Shown here one piece after another: positions 14,200-27,500 of a DNA stretch of 64,000 nt; the stretch's first letter is position 1, and the number at the start of each line of letters is the position of its first letter. The notes under the pieces were generated by a model that worked only from the letters and a program-made list of their open reading frames with translations, did not search any database and had not been told where the DNA came from. A program made the position numbers and the translations under genes. The stretch comes from Balanoglossus misakiensis (taxonomy: Eukaryota; Animalia; Hemichordata). The stretch spans positions 4,840,110-4,904,109 of the forward strand of contig CM082584.2 in assembly GCA_040954595.2 (NCBI GenBank), written 5' to 3'.

Positions 14200-14310
14200 A
14201 GAAGATGGCGGCGGCGACCATAAGAAACAGCCTATATATATCCACGATGACTTCCGGGTGACAAAGGAGGCGCGCGGTAACTGAGTGGCAACGCCATTTC
14301 CCGCGCAGTT
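14200..14310. promoter_or_regulatory. Cluster of YY1 and ETS motifs (promoter-like patch)
   Basis: AAGATGGCGGC (about 14202), CTTCCGG (about 14250) and CGCCATTT (about 14292) in a GC/CpG-richer patch. Confidence 0.3.
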
Positions 14311-14682
14311 ACTTTGGTTTCACGTACGGCAGCGGTGAAGTCTTTCGACAGGGTGCAGATGGCCGGGATATAGGCCAACACCATCAAATTTTCTCTGTTA
14401 GGTGATTCAGGTATTGCAAATGATACAGATGAACAAAGTAAATTCTGTCCGAGGGTGTTCACCAAAGAAGTTAACCAAGATGAATGGCAGACTATCAAAC
14501 CAAGAGCACAGTCACATGGGAAGGTAAAAGTAGAAAGTAGAAGGACGGTATTCGGAATCTTTGTAACTGGCCATGTAAACACTGTATATTTGACGTATGA
14601 ACTTTAGAATATGGATGGGTGCAAGCACAAAGACTACAGCATGTTACAGACACATTCCTTCCATTAGTAAAATGTCATTGAT

Positions 14683-14688
14683 TTTATT
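14683..14688 (-). terminator. Putative polyadenylation signal AATAAA of copy B
   Basis: TTTATT on the plus strand, homologous to 8233-8238. Confidence 0.55.
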
Positions 14689-15873
14689 AAAACTGGAATA
14701 CAGCAAGTTATTCTCAGATATTCACAATATTGATACATATTTAACAAGAATTAAGTTTTATAAACGCTTCTATCATCACGCGATCAACAATTCACAATAC
14801 ACAGTAGCCAATGCTGACATATTTCTTTCATTAAGCCTTTCCACAATGCTAGGTACGCCATTGACATGTTATGTTAAACTGAATAAACTGAATCTATTTG
14901 ATCTCTTTGTGTGCAACACAAAGTCAGAACAAAGAATAAAAAGGCTGCACTGTAAAGAATTTATAAAAGATTTAGAATTACACATGCGCAGTTAACTTTG
15001 ACCACACTTAATAAATCACCAGAGCATTAGATTACAGGCGTGTGACTTCATCTGTAAACGAGTTGACACACTTACCTGCGTAAAACCACTTGTTTAACAG
15101 ATTGGTACATTTACAATGTGACATCTTCAGGGAAAATAACTGTCTTATAACTATACCATGTTTGTCTGGCTACATATCTTCAGATATGTACAGTGTTGCA
15201 AAACATGACAGACAGCTATTCGTTTCACAGAAGATGTTTCTCACAGAAGGTACGTGGTGATGAAGGAAACTACTCCCTTACATTTCAAGTTCTACATCAT
15301 GGTTATTACCATAACTAATAGTAACTGACAGTACATAAACGAATTCTGTATCATTCTCGCTTAAGAGTCACTATCATACGATATATGAGACACATATAGC
15401 CATCAGCAGCTAGCTTCTAAATACAAATCTACAAACATAGGACTGATCATTACACATCACACAGATTTTAGATTTCAATGTCAAAAGTATCATTAATTTG
15501 GATGGTGCAATGGTTACAAGTCATTAAACTTTCCTTGGCCGTTGTAGTACATTATGCAGTTTGATTATATATGACATGATGTATACACAAAAATAACATG
15601 TGATGCAAAATATCTAGTATTTGATTGAATTTTATAATTATAGTATTGATATCCGATGCGGTAAAATATCTGCCGTTAGTGCATATATTTCGCATGCGTA
15701 ATACTGACAGCGCATATATCCGCTTTTTCTTGATTGAAGAAATGGGTGACGACGAATGCGTACTTGACTGTGAGATTGTGTTCATACCACAGAGCAAGTA
15801 CCGGCCTTTCTAGCGAGTCACTGTCTAGTGGCCAGTGAGTATCGTCGTGGTATCGTCTTCTTATAGAGGCCTC

Positions 15874-18800
15874 TCAGTGCTCTTTCTGCTGCAGGGTGGT
15901 GTGATGGTTGTTGATCTTCTTCCAAAGGTCTACGGCCTGCGAAGCATGCAGCTTCGCCAGAAGATCACTAGCGCCGTTCATATTGCAACCGTAGCGAGCA
16001 AGGTGTTGAAATAGACTGTAAGTAAAAAATAAAAATAAAACACAGTTTACAACATCAGTGTACGTTACACGAGACAGAGCGTACTGTATGTAATACATGG
16101 AAAACGAAAAAGACATTTGGGTTTGAACGTGAGTTAAAGCTTGGTCTACATTTGTACAAAGTTAAATGAAGTAAAGTGTTTTCCTCACTTGTCGTCAGGT
16201 AATACTTCTGTCTGCACGCCCTCTTTCAGTTCTACACTTATGAACTCCAGCGACAATTTCAAAAGCTTGTAAACGTCGCCATTATGGTAACTGATGGCAG
16301 TCATATCCTTCTTTAGGGTTTTGCTGAGATCGTCGGGAATACTATCTTTGAAGTCCTTATTGATATCTTCAAATGGATCCTATAATTAAAATAGGATTCT
16401 ATCACAGATAACAAAACTCCATGAATAGATGTCAGTAAAGTGCACTGTAACAAAAGCTTATTAAATATTAAAAGTAGCAGATAATAAACATGCCATAGCC
16501 AGTTCCCTCACAACATTCTACGATTCCCGCCTGCAGTTGATTTGGCAGTAATTCGGTGCATTTGTCATTATAATGCTCTCCATTGGCGAGCATTGTCAGA
16601 AACATGGGTGACCACTTCCTTTTCATGGAAGCTAATAAATGTAAGATCCAGAGTTTATTAACTCCCCACCCCATACCAATGTCCCCGGGACTAAAAAATA
16701 AACACTAAACACTTTCTTAAAATGATAAAACAGTCGCCTTACCAGTTCGCCCTGCAAGAGTAATTTTGCTCTTTCAACAACAAATATGTGCCACAAGCCT
16801 TTTGCATGGGACAGGGTGCAAGTCATTTTGGCCTACAGACATGATGAAAACGGGCAGTGTAAGAAAATATGTCTTATGAATTCACGAAGGCTTGAAAAGA
16901 GAACTTGCTTTACAATATGCCATAGACTGTGAGAAAGTATTTGATCTTCCCAGAACCTCGTCCTAGCTGCAGAGCACAATGGACATTGTTATTTGGCCAG
17001 CCCTGAACGCATATGTCAAAAGCATCAATGATCTCTACATATACACACAAACTATTGATGAGTAGAAAGCCTGCAATACTACATGTATAAGGCAAAGAAC
17101 AAACTGTAGTTGGTACAGTAAAATAAAGGGGAAAAACATAGAAGTTACAGACAGTGGCCATTTAAATTTTGAAAACTCGGTATTCTTAAATGTGTTATTT
17201 CATATTATATTATACCAGTATATTGATGGTGTTAATCACGCTATTTTATTGGTCGAGACACGACACGTGACTGTGATATATTCGTCATATACCACAGTCA
17301 TATATCATAGTAAAAGAAAATGCCTTTTTAAAATGTTTTATGCAAAGTTTCAATATACTGGCATAAGATAATAGCAATAAAACACCCCCAGCCATGGTAT
17401 ACCACTCTATTTTGATACGCACTCGCTATCGCTCGTGCGTATATGTCGTGAACTGGTCAAAATAGAGTGGTATACCATGGCTGGGGGTGTTTTATTGCTT
17501 AATTATGAAACTGTAAAGTGCGCTATTGCAATTGAACATTACAGAGAGTGAACATAATCAAGAACCACCAAAGTTGTGGCCTATATGAGCATTATTGAAA
17601 CATTGGTTAATCTAATTTCAACCTTTTCACACAGCAAGCCTTCCCCTGGTTTTATGCGAAGTACGTTTGTCAAGTAATAGTGGATGCGCATCTCCTTATC
17701 TCCACCGCAAGTACTGATTATACTGATGACCAGACCAATTACTCTCAACGAAGTGCACAGGTCTGGCAAACTGAGACGCTCGCGTACTTCGGAGATTATA
17801 TCACATTCGATATTGGGTGCAAGGTCCACCTTAGAAGATGTAAATGTACAACAGGTAGATTATTTTTTTCATAAGGCAACAACAAGAGTAAATTACTCAG
17901 TATGTCATTTTTATGACTCAAACATGATCTTAAATCCTCGTATACGAATCCACCTGGTTAACCTTTACAAAAACTATATTACTGAATGCAGCTGTAGTCA
18001 ATGCAATAACTTTAAATTAAAAACGTGACTCTTTTTCAAAGCAACATTTTACACGCTTCTCATCCCAAAATGTTCAATTTAGACAAATCCAACGGAAGTT
18101 ATGATGTAAGGTCATATAGGGGTCGAGAAAATGACATCTTGCAAGATATGTGTTAATGGGTTGACTATTACAAATCACACAACACAGGGAAGTATGTATC
18201 CGAAAAGTAGTAAACATTTTCGATGCGCTGAGGATTTGTGATTTTTGTTAAAAAATAATTCATTCGACACAATTGCTCCAAGTACTGATGTTAAGGTACA
18301 GACACAACGCATTCTGAATTTAACTTCAAACACACATATGATGTATAGAAGCGTTGAATACTTACTTGCGGGATAAGTTCAGTACTTCTCAAGAGATCAA
18401 AGGACATCCTATGGAACGCATTCTCCGAGAATTCCAACGATAAATCCTGTTGGGAAATCCCTCAGTGTCAATTAAGTTGGAAAATAAAACTTTAAAAGGT
18501 CATGCAGATTGAGGCAATCTCTTCAGCTGTGACTAAGGAACACTTGATGTTGACAGACAAGTTCACACTTCGTAATGGCCATACAACTGTAGGCAGCTGT
18601 GCAAAACAATGAACTCGAACACTATAACTCCGTCTATTCCGTATAAATCATTGACATGGAGGGTTTAGTTGTGCATAGTGTATCTGGTTAATGATTCAAA
18701 TGGACGCATGATTTTTTCATCACGAAAATGTGGCATAACCTGAGTGCAGATTATGTTAGTGGTGGAATATTGACTGTTTTAGTTTCACCTCGCTCTGGAT

Positions 18801-21800
18801 GATAGCTTTTCCCTGGACAAATGATTTGATGACGTGTCTCTCCACGGCCATGAAGTCATATCTCAGATAGGATCTTTCCCCAACCTCTAGTGAATAGTCA
18901 CAGTGAAGTGCCACTAGTTTTCCGGAGTCTCTTTCTGGATCATAGTTGATAAGGTTAACTAGATTGACTTCTGATAGCTTCACCGCCTGCTTGTTAATGC
19001 TGGGTGAAAGAAGATGGAGGACATATTCAAATTTCACAGACGAATTGCAAAGAGAATGACTAAGACATTACAGTACGAAAGAAGGTAGTGGAACTGTTGT
19101 GGGTATCATTGTGATGAAGGTAACATGACGGAAACTAATAATCGTTCTAGGGTTAGTTCTAGGAATACTTGTCCACCCGATAAGAAAACATCTGAAATAA
19201 TCTTCCTTGGCAACATAAGTTCTTACAAAATATGTACAAGTACATATTTTGAAATAATGATATAGTTATAACTCCTTTAATTTTATTCAGTGATAAATGA
19301 CGGAAGATAACAAGCAGAAAAATGAAATATTAGTAAGAGCTGGGTCTACCTGTCTCTTCTGATGACTGTGCACTTTTCAAGGAATGTATTGTGGATGTCT
19401 ACAATGTCCTTTACCAAAGCTAAAACACATTGTCCTCGGCCACGTTTTGTGGGCAGTACAGCTGATAATGATGTTTCGGGACCAATATCGTCCATTCGAA
19501 ACTCGCACGGCAGACGTTCCTGGAGGCCTGTTTAGATAGAAACCAAGACAATATAGATACAAAGATGCCATATTTTAACAAGCACATCACTGCGGCATTT
19601 TGGTGTGTAGATGTATAGTGTGGTGTCGATTAGAATTTCTAGAAATTAATTCACCACTTTCATAAATTTGGGAAATTGGTGAAGGGAATGTGCGTGAAAG
19701 GTTCAAAACATTATCGGAAACTGTTGCTAAGGGCTTGGTCATATTGCGAGATCTGGCTTGGATCGGAAACTAGAAGCGAAATTGGAATATATTATGGTCA
19801 AACAAGGTTATCCTTTGTTATCACAAAGTATTGTTTTGATTACTTTAACTTATAGTATGTTGGGAGAATTCAAATGTTACAATTAAGAATAGCAATAACG
19901 AATGGCGACATGTTCACCCATGGAAGACTTTGGGTAACTACACCTGTCAAATCAATTCAAAGAACAGGGATGGAGTTCTTCAGAATGTAAATGAGTTGCA
20001 TGAACATGCATACGAAGACCCAAGAAAAATGTTAGAGGTCTTAGATAGGGCACATCGCCACATCTTAAATATGTTAGATATAAGTAAATTCATAAATAAC
20101 TTTGGACAATGATTTGGAACCTACCTTCCTCTACCATTAATAATTTCCAGGCCTCGCGAAAACTGTCTATCAGAGTTTTCACTTCTGCTTGAGAATGTCC
20201 TTGAGGTAGCATGGGAATAACAATAAAATTCCAGTTAGTGATAGTTTAACCGTTTCACCACCATGGTTCAGTCATGTTTATGCCACACTGGGGTCTACAT
20301 GCTCAACTCAGAGCCTCGTTTTTATATAAACTTACCTAATATGGGAATGATACACAAGCGGTGAAAATAAACCCAGCTTGCCGTTTGGACACGAAGATTT
20401 AAACTTTGTGATACTATATGGTGCGGTTCACGTGGTGGGAACAGAAAACTGCAGTAATTAATAATATTTATTGGAGCAATTTTAAAAATTAATACACATA
20501 CCACACTTCAGGGTGAATGTTAATAATGTCAACTTATCAGCATATTGCTTGCTTATTTTCCGGTGATATGTCCGTTTCAATAATTTCTGCAGTTTGACTA
20601 TGTCAGGTAGGTACCGAACGACACGTAGAAGACGCTCCTGGAAAAAGCAATACAATTTTATTTTATGTCAACGTCTCACAAAAATGCACTTTAAAGGGAC
20701 AATAAACATAACTATTGATGATGATCATTTCATTATGTAGGTCTGTGCAAAAGCAGGAGTTTCATGATCAACTCACTAAAGTTTAATGCCAAGTATTCAG
20801 ATTGTCAACAAAGAATAGTGCAATGTAATTGTGGACATTAGAATAATAGTGCGGATTATAATTCATTTTCAACGTAAACGTTACAGGTTATACGTATAAA
20901 GGCTGTGATGACAAACTGAGTACATTGTACATTGTAACATGTAGGGTCGGAACAAGAAACTGTGGTGGAACACAAAACTACTACTAAAAAACAATTAAAA
21001 TCACTGTCACTTTAAACTTCTGTATCTGGTTCATTTCTGCCCAAATAAAATATATAGTTACCATTTTAATAAATTCAAGCAGAACCGGATGCTTGTGGCT
21101 GCCTTCGTGGTCGATGGGGATCGCTTGGACCAGTCTTCCAAATTTTTCCAGGGATGGCTTGCGCCGATAACTCCAAAATACCTTGGTCATGCATACTGGT
21201 TGGGCGATGCTTGTGTCGTGTTCATCAAGTTCCAGTATCATCTTCACAGAAGAGTCTTCATCTTGATTGGATAATTAGAAACAAACCAACAGATAAAAGC
21301 TATAAACACCACAAATACCATATGAAATTTTGAATGATGTAATGGTTCTTGTTAACGACCGGACCACATATGTCAAAGTTAGACTGCAATAAACACACAT
21401 AGTAACCACTGGGTGAAAATATCCTACCTAGATTGGCAGCCTTAACGGCCAATGCTGTAGCATCGTCCACTTTTCTCTCCAAATCCTATATATCACGGAA
21501 AAAATACACGTAAACGTTACTTTCACAAACCAAAATCTATCATTGAATCAATGAACATGTCCATTTAATGTTACATGGTAATTTTAGAGAAGTTGGTTTG
21601 TGCCATGCTAACAATTGTAATAAAAAGACTTTTTGGTGCAATCTGGAATGACGATGCAAGTGAGATCTACATTATCGTCACAAACCACAGGCCTCTTTAC
21701 GCCAACAACTACTGTGTAAATAGCTACATAGCCTAGCCTGCATCAGGCTTTGCGCGAAGTGCACCTTCAAAGAAGCAGTCTGCACCAGGTGTTTGCACCA

Positions 21801-24422
21801 AGCAATCTTGACCATGAAAAATCCTACCTTTATGAAAGGGCTCAGTACTGATTTTACCATGTCTGACTCCCATTTAATTCTGTCTTCACTTTTAGTACGC
21901 ATGTTGAAGAAACCAGGAACTGAAAGTAATGTGCATGCAAAAAGTTTACATAGAGTTGATATTCATTAACTTTATATTATGTGCAATATATATTATGATT
22001 CAGTTGGTGTATTTTAAACTGTGCGACTGTCTTGCACAGAAAATGTATAATACACTACAAAGAGACTTCAACAGGAAAACGGCTTCATTTGAATACAAAG
22101 GAAATCACAGCAAGGCACTGAAATACAATGCAACATAACAGTGATTGTACTGCTGGAATCAAAAACAATTGTTGATATACTTACGCTGATGTGGTTTCTT
22201 ATCTACCCTAGCCATTTCGTGCAGTACGAGATGTAGAATGGTTCTTGCATTGGCTCTGCCATGTCCCAATGCTCTCGACAGAAGATGGACATCTCTTTCC
22301 AGGTGTCCCAAAAGAAAATCGACGACTGTCTTATCTGTGATGTTTGCGTCATTAATTGACTTGACGACCGCCTGAAATAGTCGGAAATATACAGATAATT
22401 ACTAAAACTCAGCAGTATTGTACAAAAACTGTTCTAAACGTATAGTTTATCGGAAACTTCAGGAAAATAAAACTGTCAGAGTTGAGTAAATGGACCTCTT
22501 CTTACATGACATATTTAGCTTATTTGTCACAGAATTCATAGTCATGTTCCAATTTAGCATGACGGTCAGCTCATTCTAAAGTTCAGATAGCAGCAATGGG
22601 TAGTAATAATTATACATCGGTGATATCCTGAACAAAATCAAATAGATTAATTAAATGCTTTTGACTTTTTTTGTTTTACAGCCTCTCACCCCGGCATTTT
22701 CCTTGCATGCAAATAACATTGCCGCATGGGTCAGGAACCGCAAGATGATCTTTGGCGAGGAGAGCAGTCCGTTGCGTAAGGGCGTTCCGTTTTGTTGGCC
22801 TTCCGGGATTCTCGATATCTCTCCAGACACATCACGACGGCCCCTAATCGGAAAGACAGTGGCAAAATATAAACAACTTACATGTAGTAGGTTCGTGTTA
22901 CGAACTTTTTTAGTGTTCGAATGAAGCCAAGTGATTTAAATTTGTGCACGACCTTTCCGGTAGATGTTGTTGTTTGAATTCTGTAGGTCCGAGCCCGACC
23001 GGCTGTATCTTTATGAAATGAAAACAACATTTCTTAAGACACTGTGAATTACTCTTCCCAACACGAAGTGCAGTTTGTAAGTTAAAAGTGATTGAAACAC
23101 GGGGCTGGATACGCACGATATAGACAATGTAGTAGAACATTCAGTTCTGAGGTCATATAAAGCAATATACAGTAAAACACATGTACCACATAAATAAAAC
23201 AACACAGCAAATGACTAGTAAATGACTACATACAAATTGTAATAATCAAAATAACAAGTATGATGTCATTTAATATGAAGATATTCCTCACGTACAGTCT
23301 GGCTTCACGGATTTCTGTTCTTGGCTCTGGGGTGTTTTCATTTATGCCAGCACCACAAAAACATGTCCAATCTTCCCGTGGTCTCTTACATTCGCCAGCA
23401 AAATAGGGATGATCTCTTTTGCACCCTGAAATGAAAACAGAGGTTTGGAAATATCAAACCAATCCACACCAGTTCAAACGCTGTATAATACTATACACTT
23501 TCTGATTTAGTCACAACTTTTCTTCGCCCAAAGACCAACTTTCAAAACATATCTTTGACAGTTCCCACAGACATAAACCTTGGCCATTATAAGATTCAAA
23601 TTTCCATATCCTGTCTTTGGAACATACCCACTGTAGCTGACACAGAACATTCATGGTAAATATTTACCCAGTGCTTAGCAAAATGACGTTTAATTGTCAC
23701 TTACTGTACCATCCATCCGATAAAACCAGCGGGGGCTGATACAGTTCATCATCTGACATAACAGATAAAGACAGATTCTGTGAAGAAAATGAAACGGTTG
23801 GTCATCGTGTTCACAGTCGTTGTGATATTCCCTCTCTCCTCATTCATCTAGCTCGTGACAAATGGAAGAAAATACTTCACCTGTTTGTTTGTTTTTAATG
23901 TTTTTTTTCTTTACTATACACCACAATATAAAGTTTACTCAAACAAGAAAGCAACTTACAGTCATCTCCTGAGGGGAACGCATCAATTTCAGCAATGGCT
24001 TGAATAACCTGTATTCACCACAGACTGCCATAACTGAGTAGAAGTGCATCAAAAGCGATATCAGCCAACGGTCTGCACTTTCATTCTGCGTCTTCAGGAT
24101 CTTCAAAGACGAGGGCCAACACTCATTAATTGTTTCGATGAAATAATTGAAGTCATTCTTCATCTGTAAGAGAGGTGGAAGTCGTTGATGGCACCTTCTG
24201 GGGAGGCATCACGACCCGGTGGCTAAAACGATAGCCCACTTAGTTGATTCAAACTCCATAACGGTTATGGAGTTGTGCCCCCTCACCATGGGCCTTCACT
24301 CAAGTTTACCTTCATGTTTTAATGAATGAATGAATGAATGAATGAATGAATGAATGAATGAATGAATGAATGAATGAATGAATGAATGAATGAATGAACG
24401 AACGAACGAACGAACACTAAAA

Positions 24423-24517
<95 letters not shown>

Positions 24518-27500
24518 AACAGCAAAATTAACATAACTGTATTACCTTCTGTTCAATTGTAGATTTTGCCAACATGTCTTTGAAGAAATTCATTTTCTGT
24601 GAGAAATACAAAATAAAGATATACAGGTCACATCATCTGAAACACAAACACTAAAAATGTGTCAACTGGAAAGAAAATGTAAAACAAATCATGGTATGGT
24701 TGAACCCACATAATTGGGATCGAAAGTGAAATCGTGCACAATTGGTATTACCTTTTTGTCAGTCCCTGCCTGCGGATCATTGGTTGCCACGGCATAGACA
24801 GACAGAAGAAGACTGATTTGCATAGCGTCTACCGTATGGGTCGAATGAAGGGCCTGTTTATTAAAGACAAGAAGGGCGCATGTGACTTGAAAGCAATTAC
24901 ACGCTGTAAGTTACATTTAAGGATGCAGTAAACACTCTTTGAAATTAACGTTACTCTGGTTGAGCTCAGAATCCCCTTAAAGAATTAATTCACTGCCTCG
25001 GAAGGTTTTTCCGTCAAAAATCGACCTTTAATTGACGCAACTTTGAGCTGGATATCTCAAAACAAGCTCTTTGCCGATGGTAAATTGCTCTGGAGAAAGA
25101 TAGCACTGTGTAGATTTTATGTTTGGTTTTAAGAATGAAATGTTGTCGACGTGTCACAAACAAAATATTGAATATGTCAAAATGATATCCAAGTTTGTAG
25201 TGAGAGTGACCTTCTAAACCTTATATTCATATTCTGTCCTCTATGCGTAAACCCCAAATGTTCCTAACGATCCTTTCGTAATTTTGAGGCAGCAAATGAA
25301 TATCCAGATCAGATGATCCATCAAGCAGATGATTCGTCGCCTGATGGATCCTCCAGTCTAGTACTTTCTTCCACCTCAGTGAAGTTGCAACCTTCTGATA
25401 AACTTAAAAGAGACATCACATTTACGCTTCATCCTTCATAGTGAGATGCTTGAAACTGACAAATTGCTCAGATTCACTCATACACCATTCTGTACTGTCT
25501 GAAGACAGCTTACAACTCTCACCTTCTGTAATTTCTGAAGACCGCCTTTTTTATTTCCTTTGTAAATAGATGCAACCACCGCCTTCGTTTCCTGATACGG
25601 TTCTCCCTTGATTACAAACGGGTCTAGCTCTGGACTCTATGAAGAAATAACACACGCCATAAAAGATACTCGAGTAGCCAGGGTAGATTGAGTGGAGCTT
25701 TTGTGTGACAGGAAAATTGACCCATTGGTACTGGGACCAACTACCGTACATCGAAGGTGTTCTGTCAATTGACTCGGAGGCAGTGACCCAGCTACAGACT
25801 TAATGCACATTTCTTTACAAAGGAGTATGTCAAAACCCTTCGTCTCTGCGAGAAGGCTAAACCTGTACCAATCTCTAAATCCAATGGGGAAGTTCGTTTT
25901 GGCCCTGCAGGTACATGTAAAAGGAGTCAAAAGGAATCTTCTAAAATACAGTGTAGTACTACAATGCACATTACCTTGCAGGGGTCTGTATCTTGTGGAA
26001 CTATCCAGTCTAACTCCTTGTCTTGTCTAATTATGTAAAGGTAGTCAAGACCATATGTTCTACAGATGTACTTCAGCAGAAAGCTTGAACACTGAGCCAA
26101 ATTAGACTGCTGCATGGCTTCCTTCGAAATATCCACTAGAGCCTGTTGGTAGTCGTCAAACAGTCTTCCATTGGTGTATTTATCATGAATACATTCAGCT
26201 ACTGTTTCCAGACACTGTCTAATTATCGCTATGTTGCAAAGATCCTTAACATCAAGGATAGGTATGTTTGACGTCTGGGCTGAATCCACAGAAGACTGCA
26301 GCATCTTCCAAACATCTCTCACAGTGTTGGTATCAAATCTTCCAGTATCCTAAAAAAATAACAGAAGGATAAAGGATAATTGTGAGTAGGTGCTATATGT
26401 GTTCAAAACACAACACAACATTTCACTGCCAACTCTAACTGTATGCAATTGTCATGTGCAACGGAACAGTAGATTACTGTTTTGCCACCTCGAAATGTGG
26501 TCTCAGTCAGAACAAAAATTTATTGGGGTGGGCTTATCTTTATGCGTGTAACCTGGATGAAAATGTCAAGTACTGCGAAGCCATCTTATCGATGCCTACT
26601 AAGATCAGACATACCTCCATGCCATGTATATATAACATACACAAACTGATCATCAATGGCGGCTGTTCTTGCAATTGCATTTGCTTCTCTAGGTAATGAC
26701 TGAGATGTGGCTCCAATTCATCAGCACTAATGGGGAGAGAAAATACTATCATAATAAACCATACATATACTGATAATGCTTTTTTTTAAGAAGTTTGTTA
26801 AACCGTATTTTGGCAATGAACTGCAGTGAAACTGACAGTCGGCTTCAATACAATATTACATCTTCCTTCCCTTGTATATGAAATAATGGGGTGTCGCATT
26901 GTAAGTATGCATAAAGAATTGTTATAGTGGTAAGAACAAAAATAATTAGGAGGTTTTGACTTGTTCTCATTGCTGCCAGTTTGAAACTTACTTATAGTGG
27001 TATATCACAATACGCGTAGCTCATATCTACACCCAAACGCTGACGTCAATGGAAACTAGCATGCATCAGGGTAAATGTGCGGTTAAACCACAGTTGCGTG
27101 GGATTATTATATATAATTCCCCCGTATTTCGAACGAGTGTGCCTGCGTCGCGGACGAGTGATTCCCCGTATAGCTGCCGTATCCCTCCGAGCCGCACTCT
27201 TTGTGGTTGCGATAAAATTAGGAACTATTTTGTGCAAAATTGAAGATCGATGTTATGCGGTCTATCTGTCAGGTGACTCAGGTCACGACCTGGACGATTC
27301 TGGTTTTGGCGAGGACCCGTCTGTCGTGCGTCAGCTGGATTTCATCGTCCGTCAAGGTTTCACTGGAGCAGGAAACCTTTCTTATGCCCTTTGCTTTATG
27401 ACTAGACCGTTTTGCTCTAATCGTCGCATCAAAATTTTTTGCGAATACTCAAATTTGTACCTGTTGCTCGTTCGACAACGCGACGACATTGGCTCAGCAC

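Larger units (their letters stand above)
14673..23271 (-). repeat. Right arm of the large inverted duplication
   Basis: Reverse complement of 1-8248 with scattered substitutions and indels, including copy-specific insertions at about 17206-17502 and 19550-19660. Confidence 0.95.

Noticed and set aside
24252-24274. Perfect 11-bp stem-loop before the microsatellite as a LINE/SINE 3' end or ncRNA
   Set aside because: No pol III boxes or RT remnant are recognisable, so the evidence is insufficient.
24319-24534. FIYL/HSFI repeat protein
   Set aside because: Microsatellite translation artefact.
24918-25225. Possible Kolobok-like MITE (TTAAGG...CCTTA)
   Set aside because: The TIRs are too degenerate and the right TSD is imperfect.
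25745-25904. Apparent exon with a frameshift/stop that would make copy B a pseudogene
   Set aside because: Direct splicing 25975 to 25636 is in frame and gives WIVPQDTDPCK|SPELDPFVIKGEPY, which fits RNF213, so this segment is best read as intronic.
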